From the NCBI RefSeq assembly GCF_009914755.1, contig NC_060926.1: a stretch of DNA of 64,000 nucleotides; one strand, 5' to 3'. Shown here piece after piece: positions 51,602-64,000 of this stretch. Both the position numbers and the translations under genes were made by a program. The number at the start of each line of letters is the position of its first letter. Position 1 is the stretch's first letter. A model generated the notes under the pieces. It did not search any database, was not told the origin of the DNA, and saw only the letters and a list, made by a program, of their open reading frames with translations. Origin of the DNA: the human T2T-CHM13v2.0 reference genome, Homo sapiens.

Positions 51602-52366
51602 TGAAACAGGAAATTTCCTTTGACGCCCCCGTGGGCCTTGCAACAGGGGTGCCTGGCTTACTCAGCCCACAACTCTCAACCCCTTGCAGGAGGGGGAGCA
51701 TGCAGGTGAGCAGGTGCAGGAACCAGGACAAGTGGAAACTCCGTGCAGCTCCACACGCAGCATCTAGGGGGGAATTACCCACAACCCCCAAAGCCCCAGA
51801 GGGGTGTGTGTTGCAGTGCACTCTTTTAGCTCTGCCATTCGTGGATAGCTTAAGTGTTGAACAGGTCAGACCCTCTACCTTTTCATGAGGGCAGAGAGTC
51901 GGTGAGACAGCTTTCTATATCCCAAGCTCTTGTCCAGCATCCAAGAAAAATCAGGTTGCCCAAATGAATTGAAGGGCAGTGAATACAGAGGCTTTTAAGT
52001 GGCTCTCAGCTGGAAAGGGGATGGAGCAGGAAGGTATTCTTCCCCGGAAGTCTAGCCATCTCCTGCTGGACTTTTCTCCAAAGTCCCACCATTAAGCTGT
52101 CCCTGTGAAGTCATCCTACTTCTCTCTGACCTTCAGCTGCTTCTTCTCTTCTCCCCTTCTCTATTCTCCGCCAGTGGAGCCTGGGGTTTTTATGAGTACA
52201 GGATGGGAAGTGGGGTGGGCCAGGGGTGGTTTTGGAAAAGACAACATTCAAGTGGGAAAACAAGATGTTCTCATATTGGGCTGCAGTTTCCAGGCTTGAG
52301 AGTGGGGCTTCACCAGGACCCCTGCCCTTTTCCTGCCTAGAATTTCTCTGCCTCCTGTCCCTATCA
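51602..52366 (-). mobile_element. ERV1 solo LTR, MER52-like, internally deleted
   Basis: Minus-strand start tgatagggacaggaggcagagaaattctagg; TG...CA ends; 4-bp TSD ccag. Confidence 0.75.
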
Positions 52367-53646
52367 CCAGGGCAAGTAGAAAGGCCACATGTAAGTGTTT
52401 CAGCCAAAAGCATAGCTGAGATCCCAGCTACAGTTGTGAATGAAGATGCCTCCGGGCACTCTTGGCCTTCATGGCTTTCCGTTGAGATCCCAGACATTGT
52501 GGAGCACAGGCAAGCCGTCCCTACCGTACCCTGCCTGGATTCTCAACTCGGAGTCTGTGAGCTTAAGAAAATGTTTGTTTTTACATGACTAAGTTTTAGG
52601 GTGGTTTGTTATGTAATAATAAGAACTTTCCAAATTACTAGGGGAATTATTCAAGATACTTTCAAGTTCCTGGAAAGGTCAGAATAGCACCAACTGATAG
52701 CAACCTCTAGAGCTGGGTGGGTATATACTGGCTGAGAAATAGCCCAGCCAATCACACTTTCTTTTCTATTCTCATTATTCTGAAATTTGTGATAATCATT
52801 TCTTTGCTGTTTTAAGAAAATAGTCTTACCAACCATAGTGACATCTTTTGACAATAGAGTTTTGTCTTTTTAACTTCATCTAAATGAAATCATATTACAT
52901 TAATTCCCTTCTGTCTTACTTCTTTTGCTCTACATTTAATTTGTGAGATCCATCCATGTGAAAGCAGTTCACTTTCTAAAAGATCAGGTAACTTCTCAAA
53001 GCAGAATATTGTAGAAGGACGAAGTCCTTGGCCCCTTATAGTGCACAGGATGGAGAAGACATGATGGATTGTGCCTTCCGAAGTTTTGCTATGCCTTCCT
53101 TCTTTCTGACTGTGAAAGGAAAATAAATCTTGGGGCCGCAAAATCACTAAGCTAAAGGGAAAAGTCAAGCTGGGAACTGCTTAGGTCAAACCTGCCTCCC
53201 ATTCTATTCAGTCACCCTTCTGCTAACTGAGATAAATGCATATCTGACTGCTTCCTTTGGAGAGGCTAATCAGAAACTGGAAAGAATGCAACTGGTTGTC
53301 TCTCACCTACCTGTAACCTGGAAATCCCCCCCGCCACCTTGAGTTGTCCTGCCTTTGCAGACCGAAGCAATGTTCATCTTACATATGTTGATTGACGTCT
53401 CACGTCTCCCTAAAACGTATAAAATCAAGCTGTGCTCTGACCGCCTTGGCTGCATGTCATCAGGACCTCCTGAGGCTGTGTCACAGGCGTGCACACTCAA
53501 CCTTGGCAAAATAAACTTCCTAAATTAACTGAGACCTGTTTTAGATATTTGGGGTTCACATTTTGGTAACCACAAAGGGATACTAAGTGGAGGTGTTCCT
53601 GACCTTTGATAAATCTGTGAGTGCTTGGCGCCAACTTGAGCTATCT

Positions 53647-53948
<302 letters not shown>

Positions 53949-54922
53949 TTTGAGCTATCTCTATGGCTCAAACCAATAGGAAAATTTGCTGAGGCCTGGA
54001 AGCACCACCTCCAGAGAATCTCTGATCTCCCAAAATTTGATTGAGATATAAAGTTAATTTTGCCATTCAACTCCTTTTTTTGGACATTACTTGCTTCTAA
54101 CACAAGGAAGGCAAGTTTTCCTGCTTCCCTGATGATGGAAGGCAGGTAATTCCTTTATTGAGTTTGGGCTTGCTTCCAACAGGAAAGACAAGTTTGAATT
54201 TTTTCCTGCTTCTAGGATGGTAGAGAGCAGTCTTCAGCCTGAGACCCATCGCTAGATAAGTAGATGAATTGGGGTTTGTCTCAGCTAAAGTTAAAATTAA
54301 CAACGAGCTGGTCTTAATTTCTCCTTATCATTAGAGCACTAAGTAAGTTGTGCTATCATTTATTTTCCTTAATTTTTTTGTTGTTTCTTTCTGTTTTTGT
54401 TGTTGTTTTGGTCTTATTTTCCACTGGGTTTGAACAACTCTATCCCACTTGATGAAATCCAAAGGAAAGTTCCAAATTACGGGGAACAAGTCCTCTGAAG
54501 TGGCTAAATTCTGCCCCCCCACCCCTCCCCCAACACACACACACAAAAGGTAGTGTGGTTGGGGGAGGAGAAAAACCGCTATCGAAAGCTAAAAAAAAAA
54601 AAAAAAAGGAATTTTTTTTTTATTTTGACTACTTAAAGGGCTTTATTTATAAAACAAGGCGACTTTTTGCTAGCCAGGCCAAACTGAAAGAGCAATGGCT
54701 ATCACCCCATGCTGCAGTTTGATAGCTAAGGTTCTGCTTTCTTTGTTTCCACCACCATAGCCTGGGTTTTGTTCCTAAATCAAGCCCTTTCTAGTTTGAT
54801 ACTTTGCAGTTCTGAAATAGCAGCTGTTTGTCCTAGCTGAAATATGGTAAAGAGATTTTAAAGGATTTTTTTTAAGGAGCTCAATGGTTAAAAGTCAGCT
54901 TAATTAAAAGCTAACATCAAGA

Positions 54923-54960
54923 TGTGTGTGTGTGTGTGTGCGCACGCGCACGTGTGTGTG
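54923..54960. repeat. (TG)n/CG alternating purine-pyrimidine tract
   Basis: tgtgtgtgtgtgtgtgtgcgcacgcgcacgtgtgtgtg. Confidence 0.9.
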
Positions 54961-55263
54961 TTTGTATTTAAAAGGCTTTCATATTTTTGTTTTCTTTCTC
55001 TCCTAGGACCTTGTCTTTTTTTTGAACAAAAGTTTTTTTCTTCTCAGTTGACTGAATTCTGCTTTCTTCATTTACTTCTGCTGTCTCTCCTTTCTCTTGC
55101 ACCCTCTGCTGCATGAGGGACCTAAAATAGTTTATAATAGGCTGGAATTCCTTAAAGAAAATGAGGAAGGCACCAGACTCCTTTTGGGAGAGAAACCTGT
55201 TTTTCCTTATGGAACCGTAAGAGTGTAAACAGACAAGTTTGTCACAGCTCTTAAACTGCTTGA

Positions 55264-55628
<365 letters not shown>

Positions 55629-56443
55629 AGAACCACTGGGCCCAGCCTACCCTTGGTTTTTTAAGGAAGAATGTCATTTAGACACTTAAAAATGTCTTTG
55701 TTAGAAAAATTTTTTTAAGTGCACTGTAAAAGCATCACATGGTCTAGCCTCATAAGAATTCTCCCTTTTTAGAGACCCAAGATTTAGTGTGGGCCATGCC
55801 CAGAGCTCAGAGATCCAGTTAAAAGATAAGTAGTCCTTATCTAAATAAAACTGGCCTCCTTGTACAATCCTGTGATAGATTTCTGTAATTTTATGTTTGA
55901 TTTGGCATCCATCTTTAATCTCCTTCTACACCAGCAGATTATTTATCTCTGTATCTTGAGATGTAAATTTTGCTATCTGATTTCTCATCTAAGAGTTGTT
56001 TCCTTCAATATACAGATTTAGGACTATTTAGCCAACAACTGCAAGGGTAATAAAACAGGTTAACAAGAGTTTGCAAATCAAAGATAGGAAAAAAAAGAGG
56101 TCTTAGGGATCTATAAAATGTACTTTTATCAGTATGACTGATACAACTATGTATTTATGTGTTGTGTACACAATGTTTCACTACTGAAAATACATAAAAG
56201 AGCTCTAATTAATTGGCTTGAGAAAAATAAAAGCACTTGAATCACATACTTTATCAGGAAAAAAGAAAAGACTAATCAAATGTTTTTTCAAGTTTATGTG
56301 ACTTAAGTAAAATCTTTAATAAATAAGCTAATTTTAAAAGTATTGGTAAAGTAATATTAGAAATGTCTTAAGAATTGCCAGCATACATTTTTGTTTGCTT
56401 TTATTGATCAAGTAACTTCATATTTATCCCTGCCAAATACTAT

Positions 56444-57832
56444 TGAGAGGTGACAACGTGCTAGCAGCCCTCGCTTGCTCTCGGCGCCTCCTTGGCCTCG
56501 ACATCCACTCTGGCCACGCTTGAGGAGCCCTTCAGCCTGCCACTGTACTGTGGGAGCCCCTCTCTGGGCTGGCCAAGGCCAGAGCCGGTCCCTCTGCTTG
56601 TGGGGAGGTGTGGAGGGAGAGGTGTGGATGGGAACTGGGGCTGTGTCTGGCGCTCACAGGCCAGCGTGAATTCCAGGTGGGCGCGGGCTCAGCGGGCCCC
56701 GCACTCGGAGCAGCTGTCCAGTGCCACCGGCCCCGGACAGTGAGGGGCTTAGCACCCGGGCCAGCAGCTGTGGAGGGTGCACCAGGTCCTCCAGCAGTGC
56801 CAGCCTGCCAGCACCGTGCTTGAATTCTCACTGGGCCTCAGCTGCCTCCCCACGAGGCAGGGCTCAGGACCTGCAGCCTGCCATGCTTGAGCCCCCCGCC
56901 ACACCCCATGGGCTCCTGCGCAGCTCAAGCCTCCCCGACGGGTGCAGCCCCCTGCTCCGTGGAGCCCAGTCCCATCAACCACCCAAGGGTGAGGAGTGCG
57001 GGCACATGGCGTGGGACTGGCGGGCAGCTTCGCCCGCGGCCCTGGCGTGGGATCCACTAGGCAAAGCCAGCTGGGCTCCTGAGTTGCGTGGGGACTTGGA
57101 GAACTTTCATGTCTACCTGGAGGATTGTAAATGCACCAATCAGCCCTCTGTGTCTAGCTCAGGGTTTGTGGATGCACCAGTCAGCATTCTGTACCTAGCT
57201 AATCTGGTGGGGACTTGGAGAACTTTTATGTCTAGCTCAGGTATTTTAAACACACCAATCAGCACCCTGTCAAAATGGACCAATCAACTCTCTGTAAAAT
57301 GGACCAATCGGCTCTCTGTAAAATGGACCAATCAGCAGGATGTGGGTGGGGCCAGATAAAGGAATAAAAGCAGGCTGCCCGAGCCAGCAGCGGCAACCTG
57401 CTCGGGTCCCCTTCCATGCTGTGGAAGCTTTGTTCTTTTGCTCTTTGCAATAAATCTTGCTGCTGCTCACTCTTTGGGTCCACACTGCCTTTATGAGCTG
57501 TAACACTCACCGCAAAGGTCTGCAGCTTCACTCCTGAGGCCAGTGAGACCACGAACCCACCAGGAGGAATGAACAACTCCAGATGGGAGGAGCAAACAAC
57601 TCCCGACACGCCGCATTAAATGCTGCAACACTCACCACGGAAGTCTGCAGCTTCACTCCTGAAGCCAGCAAGACCATGAACCCACCAGAAGGAAGAAACG
57701 CTGAACACATCCAAACATCAGAAGGAACAAACTCCAGACACACTATCTTTAAGAACTGTAACACTGACCGCAAGGGTACGCAGCTTCATTCTTGAAGTCA
57801 GTGAGACCAAGAACCCACCAATTCTGTACACA
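56444..57832 (+). mobile_element. LTR12 (ERV9) solo LTR, LTR12D/E-like, inside MER4-int
   Basis: tgagaggtgacaacgtgctagcagccctcgc start, U3 CCAAT repeats, U5 tandem repeats, ends caca; 4-bp TSD ctat. Confidence 0.95.
57130..57370 (+). promoter_or_regulatory. LTR12 U3 promoter/enhancer motifs
   Basis: CCAAT at 57136, 57255, 57280, 57304, 57328; GATA (agataa) 57354; TATA-like aataaa 57363; activity not shown. Confidence 0.7.
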
Positions 57833-58549
57833 CTATAACATGTCAAAATTTGGCATAAGGGTTACAAAACTATAAACCCAGCCCAAAACAGAATGATCTT
57901 CATTTATGTAATGTTTTAATAAATAAGACATTGACATTGGTTTAATAAAAATAGCTACATCTTGAATTTAGTAAGACTACCGTAACTTCTAATCTTGTGG
58001 CTTTAGGCAGTCTAGTCCACATGCAGGAAGGAAGTTTGTTTTGAAAAAGGACTGTTAACACTTGTTTCAAAGCTAACCTATAAACAAAGTTCCTCCGAAA
58101 GTTAGTTTGGCCTATGTCTGGGAATGAACAAGGAGCTGGAAGGTTAGAAGCAAGATAGAATCAGTTAGGTCAGATCTTTTTCATGGTCTCAGTTATAATT
58201 TTGCAATGGTGGTTTCATAACTTTAAATTATGACTTTCAGTTTTCATAAATAATCTCAGTAAGTGATTAAAATAATTAGGTAAGTGTAATGGAATAAATA
58301 CTTGTAGACAAACTTGTCATAATTTAGAATCTAAAGTTATATTAAATTACCTAACAGATATTTCATTATTCGGGTATTTCCCAATAAAAATATATTGTTG
58401 GAAAACATTCTTTAAAAAAAGTGTGTTCTTTTTAAAAAGGTGAATAATTTTTGTCTAATTCAAAGTTTATTTAAAGATTATGTATAAAACAAGGTAAAAA
58501 GAACCAGGAAGTAAGAGAGATATAAATAAAGTTATAGAAATAAAGAGGT

Positions 58550-58853
<304 letters not shown>

Positions 58854-61800
58854 TTAAATAAGAAAGCTTAAAGAGAAATAATTTTATATGAGAAAGAATC
58901 TTGTATGGTAAATTTTGTCCTAGAATAAAATGACTGGTTGTTTAAGAAAGAGGAATGTTCAGGACAGATGAGAAAGTCCAGGCATGTCATGAATGATCTG
59001 TGTAAGTCACAATAATAGGATTTAAAAAAAAAACTTGTATGTGATAAAGTTGTCTATAATTAAAAAGAAATGATAATGGACTATCTAGAGATTGGGCTTG
59101 ATGTAAAAAAAATTTATACACTAAATAATTGGTTAGAACAATGAAATTTTCGTAAGCAATTGATTTAATAAATTATAAGACATTTTCATTTTTTTAACCC
59201 GAAGTTCAACTTTTATAGCATCTCACCATTGTTTGTTTTCTCTCTCCTTTTAAAGAGTGCTAAATGGTTATGCTCTCCTTCAACTCATTGTCAGCTCATA
59301 TAAGTTTTTTTCCATGAGCTCTGTTTGTTGGGGCCTGATGTTAACAATGTTTTCTTAAAGGTCTAAAGGAACTATTTTCTTCCAACATAATATTCTGTGG
59401 ATTGAAGAAAGTCTTTTCTTTTGCCTTTTCGTAACTGGCCTAACAGATTTTACATTTTATCAAAACAATTCCTGTACCATTATTATTAAGTTTTGGTTTG
59501 CTTAGGAAAAAACTTAGATTAAAACATTTTTTTTAATTAAGGTTATTACATCCATGTATCTTTTGGTATGTGCTTTTAAAGTCCTTGTGACATTGAGTTA
59601 CTGGGCTTTCATTCCTGGGTCTAAAACAGACACCAATTCCTGCTAAATCTTAAACACTAACAGCAATTAAAGCCTCATCCTCAGGTCTGGTAGAAAATGC
59701 CAATCAAACTGCATTCCTGAGACACAGGGCCAGAAATTAAAGCTATTCAACTCTTCATGGCCCAGGGACTATCATGGAAGAGGTGGGCATGTGAGATTGT
59801 TATGGCTGATTTTGAAAGATAAAATAAGTTCAGTTTCTCTATAAATTAATCATTAATGTCAAAGGCACACTGATGCAAGACCAGCATATGGGCCACTGTG
59901 TCTGACTGACAAGGTTTTCTTGAAGCATTAACCAATTTCTTAATAAAGGTTATAAAGATTATAAAAGGCTTATGGAAGTTATATCTTGTGGTCAAGATTA
60001 AAATTTTATAGATTATTTATAAAATTTTGAAAAACAAATTTCGTTGGCTTCATGCTGTTTGGAAAATTAAGTCTCTCTGAAAGAATAAAGGTGTTCTCCT
60101 TTTTTTGAAATCCTTGAGTTATCACTTTTGTATAAATGACTTATTTTACAATGACCTGTGATTCTGTTTTGTGATATCAAGTATTTTAAACCCTTGATAT
60201 TTAACAAACCTTCCAAAATCAAATTATAAATTATATTTTTTTCTGACCTAAGTAATCCTTTAAGACATTAGGTTCCCTAAAGTCCAAAAAGGACATAATT
60301 TGGCTTATTTGGCATAAAAATTACAGGAAGCATTGTCAAATATGAAATGGTATTTGGTTTTCTTTGGGCTGTATTTGTATAAATATGCTATTGGTATGTG
60401 TTCCAAAATCATGGGAAACTCCTATAATTCTGATATGACCTAGTGTACATTATCGGTAAAAATTACAATTGTTATGTTAAATTATTGTGTGCCACAGAGG
60501 TAACAAATTTCCTTGTCAATTGTGTCTTTGACTATGGCTGCCCTAAAACCTTTTGTCATCCAAAGAAAATTGCTGCTTTGTTTTGATCTTCCTTAGAAGG
60601 TGGTTTTATAATCAGCTATAAAACTCTAACAGGCTCTCTTGAATGCAGGTTTCCAATAACTTTGGAGATTGTGGTATCAGAATAGAGGAAAAAACATTCA
60701 GGACTCATGGAGAGCTGAAATGTTCATGAATATCAAGCAGAACAGGAATTAACTGCATGGACTGAACTAACAGAAGATGGAATTAATCTCTTTGACTTTT
60801 TGCTTAAAACATTGCTGACCCTTTGTTTTGTTTTTCAGAGTCAAGGCAACTTTTCTTTGAGCTATTGACAGCTTTTAACAATTTAGTATACTCCTATGAA
60901 CAAAAATTGGAGCATATTTATTTCTCTCTACCTGATTTCTCCAGAATTTGGAAAATATTTTTGAGTATTCTTAACTTATGACAATACAGTTATTTGCATA
61001 AGTGCAATAAGAATCTGTTTTCATTTGTAACAGGACACAACTGGAGAAACTGGTTATTTTACCAAGGCTTTGACTGGAATGGCATGCTTTCCTTTAAGGA
61101 GTCAAACTTGACTTATGCAACCAATAAAAGCCCCTTGGAAAAACTGGCCTCATACCTTGTCTACACAGTCCCTGCACAGGGTTCATGACCTGTGGTAAGC
61201 AAAGAATGCAACTTTCTGACAGGCCTTGGAGCCCCCAAGTTTATCTTGGGACCTCAAGAGGAGAGGAATTCACCCCACTCATAGGTGTTTGATGGTACAA
61301 ATCCATGGCTGGGCTCAGCTTTAAAAAAGTCTTATCTGAGGTTCCTTTTATGAAACAAAGTTCCATTAAAGCCAATTCTAAAAGCCTATGTGAAAATAAT
61401 TATTCTTGCTGTACTTTATACAAATAATATGGCCAAGTATAACAAAGCAAATCAGTTCTATCATGATTTGTCTTTAGTAAAAATGGGAAACTGCAGAGAG
61501 AAAAATTGTGTTTCAAAAACTATAGTACACCAGTTGTTAGATTCTAGTTTTGCCTAATGTTTTTCAATTTTTATTATTTTATACAGTTTGGACCAAATTC
61601 TAATTTTTTCCAGTCTACAAGTCTCCAAAATAATGTTTTAAATTTTTTTCTTTTCTTTTCCTTTTTCTCCAATTTTTTACCTAAACTGAAATCACTGAAA
61701 ACTAAGCTGTGCTTTCTTAAAGCCCTGCAAACTGAAGCTAAACAACTTACACTTCAGCAGAAAATAACAGCATTTACATATATAAGCCACTTTCATACCT

Positions 61801-62541
61801 GCCTACTGATATAATGGACTTCAGAGTAATGTGGCCTATATCAATTTTCCAGGATTGTTCTTTTGTTTGTTGTTGTTTTTCTCCCTTCCTTCCAGTATTT
61901 TCTCTTCACAGGACATGAGACTTCACAACCTGCTAAAAATGAGCTTTCTAATAACTCAGAACCTACCCATCTAGGACTAAACCAACTTAGTCATAAGAGA
62001 GAAGATGAAACCTGAGACCAGAGACTCATTTTCTTCTAAAATGTTTTCTCCAAAAGACTTTTTAAAAGAAAAGGGGGGAAATGTGAAAGGCAAATAAATC
62101 TTTGGGCCCCCAAATCAATAAGCTAAAGGCAAAAGTCAAGCTGGGAACTGCTGAGGGCAAACCTGCCTCCCATTTTATTCAAAGTCACCCCTCTGCTTAC
62201 TGAGATAAATGCATATCTGATCCCTCCTTTGGAAAGGCTAATCAGAAACTCAAAAGAATACAGCCACTGGTCTCTCACATACCTATAACGTGGAAACCCC
62301 CTCCCCACTTTGAGTAGTCATGCTTTTCCGGACCAAACCAATGTTCATCATATATGCATTGATTGATGTCTCATGTCTCCTTAAAATGTATGAAACCAAG
62401 TTGTGCTCTGACTACCTTGGGCACTTGCCTTCAGGACCTCATGAGGCTGTTTCATGGGTGTGTGTCCTCAACCTTGGCAAAATAAACTTTCTAAATTAAC
62501 TGAGACCTGTCTTAGATATCTGAGCTTCACATGACCAACCT

Positions 62542-62690
62542 TCATTCATTCTACATATATTTATGGAGCACTCAATTTATTCCAGGCTCTATTCTAGGCT
62601 TTAGGAAGAGGCAGTGAATAATGTAAAGTTATTTGTCCTTGTGGAGCTTACATTTTAATAGAGGGAGACAGACAATAATCAAACTGATTT
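62542..62690 (-). mobile_element. L2 3' end relic
   Basis: ttcattcattctacatatatttatggagcac...gtccttgtggagcttacatttt. Confidence 0.7.
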
Positions 62691-62699
62691 ATGAAGACG

Positions 62700-62945
62700 T
62701 GGAGGAGGAGAGGAGGAGAGGAGGGGGATGAAAGAGAAGGAGAAGAGGAGGATGAGAGAAGGAGGAGAAGAGGAGGAAGTGTAGAAGGAAGAGGAGGAGA
62801 AGAATACTTTACAGTGTGGTCGAAACATATGGATTCCATAGATTATATTGATTCCATACAATTCTTAGAATTCCATGAAAAATGAAGAGGGGGAGAAGGA
62901 GGAGGCAGATAGGAAGAAAGGGGAGGAAAAGGAAAGAAAAGAAAC
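62700..62945. repeat. GA-rich low-complexity tracts
   Basis: Degenerate (GGA/GAA)n at 62700-62802 and 62880-62945. Confidence 0.85.
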
Positions 62946-63629
62946 ATCAAAATAAAAGCTTATACTTACAGAGAGTGATAGAGAAGGAGGTGATCCTCTC
63001 ATTCCCAACTGTGGTTTATCTTTTAAATCCCTCTCACAATCATCCCATAATCCCTTTTTAATCTTACTCTCAACATCTGGAATCTCAATCCCCTTCACTC
63101 TTAAAACTCCACCCCTTTCCCTGTAGGGAAACAGCTGCATCTTGTATTTGTCATGGAAACCTCAATCTTCAATCAAATAGAGTAACGCAGCCCTTCCTTT
63201 GCTTATGAGTTTCAGGCTCTCAACTGGGATAGGTGGGTTCTGGTCTCTTGAGGTGAGGAAGAAGCTGAAGCAGCAAAGGCTACTGCTGTCAGCCTCCCAG
63301 GTTACCTAAAGGCAAACAAATCTCACTAGAGCAAACATTAATTTTCTTTTCCAAACAACACAATTTAATCTCCTATGGGGAAGTCATACTTCTCTTTGCA
63401 ACATGGCTTTGATTGCACTGCTTGTGAAATAGCAACCTGGGACTCATTGTGATAACAAGCATGTGACTACTTCCTGTGGCTGCTTGAATGTAAGGGCCAC
63501 AACCTTAGTGGATAATGGCTCTCTCTGGTTGAAAAAATCCTCACATCTTTCCCGATAGCAGTAGGGAATAAGATCTCAATTCATCTCCCCACAACCTCAA
63601 GTGAGAAATTTGGACATAATTCCATATAC

Positions 63630-64000
63630 AGAAGACATAAAGACTTGTTTTTAAAACTCAGAGGAGAGGAATTATCATAGCTTAGCTTTAGGATGAATAT
63701 TGGCATAATGATAGGATGGACCAAAATAATAATAATAATAAAGGAGGTAGGAGAACTAGTAAGAAAATGACGTCAATTTTCCAGATGAGAAGCAATGAGC
63801 ACTGAGATCAAGTCATAGGAATAGACAGGAAAAGTGAGAGATAGACTCAAGGCACAATGCACAGGAGAAGCCACAGAGCTGTGCAACTAATTAAATACTA
63901 AGAGCAGTTGAGAGATGTCAACATTTCCAGCTTCGTGACCATGTGAATTGTTGTCCTGGTAGAAGAAAGAAGAGAAAAGAAAAGGGAAGAGAAGAAAAAA
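63630..64000 (-). mobile_element. L2 relic
   Basis: ggaggtaggagaactagtaagaaaatg...tccagatgagaagcaatgagcactgagatcaag. Confidence 0.45.

Noticed and set aside
56721-57359. 212-aa ORF
   Set aside because: Lies entirely in the GC-rich LTR12 U3; no recognisable domain.
63298-63330. Second minus-strand AG|GT motif (tttgcctttag|gtaacc)
   Set aside because: Weaker donor and no clear downstream RS-exon donor; it shows such motifs arise by chance, which tempers the 48292 candidate.

Overview
This is hominoid (very likely human or great-ape) genomic DNA: repeat-dense, with no recognisable protein-coding gene, RNA gene or CRISPR array. The long ORFs in the track fall inside Alu, L1, SVA or LTR sequence. 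Main elements: a near full-length L1PB (~9.6-16.5 kb) with an internal ORF1-ORF2 deletion and a full-length antisense SVA inside it; a TSD-bounded L1MA (24.2-31.9 kb) carrying MSTA LTRs, Alus and three local inverted-duplication scars; an MLT2 > MER82 > Tigger3 nest; a twin-primed, 5'-inverted L1PA (43.7-45.6 kb); an MLT1 > MER52-like > Alu nest; and a two-LTR MER4-group provirus (53.1-62.5 kb) hosting a solo LTR12 (ERV9) and three Alus. About 20 Alus, many with clear TSDs, plus L2/MIR relics fill much of the rest. The observations most worth testing are a recursive-splice-site/RS-exon-like motif on the minus strand (48141-48295), several templated-insertion or fold-back scars, and a possible LTR12-driven spliced transcript. 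Subfamily calls come from memory of consensus sequences and identities were counted by eye, so both need RepeatMasker/Dfam confirmation. I cannot show a new biological system from the sequence alone.
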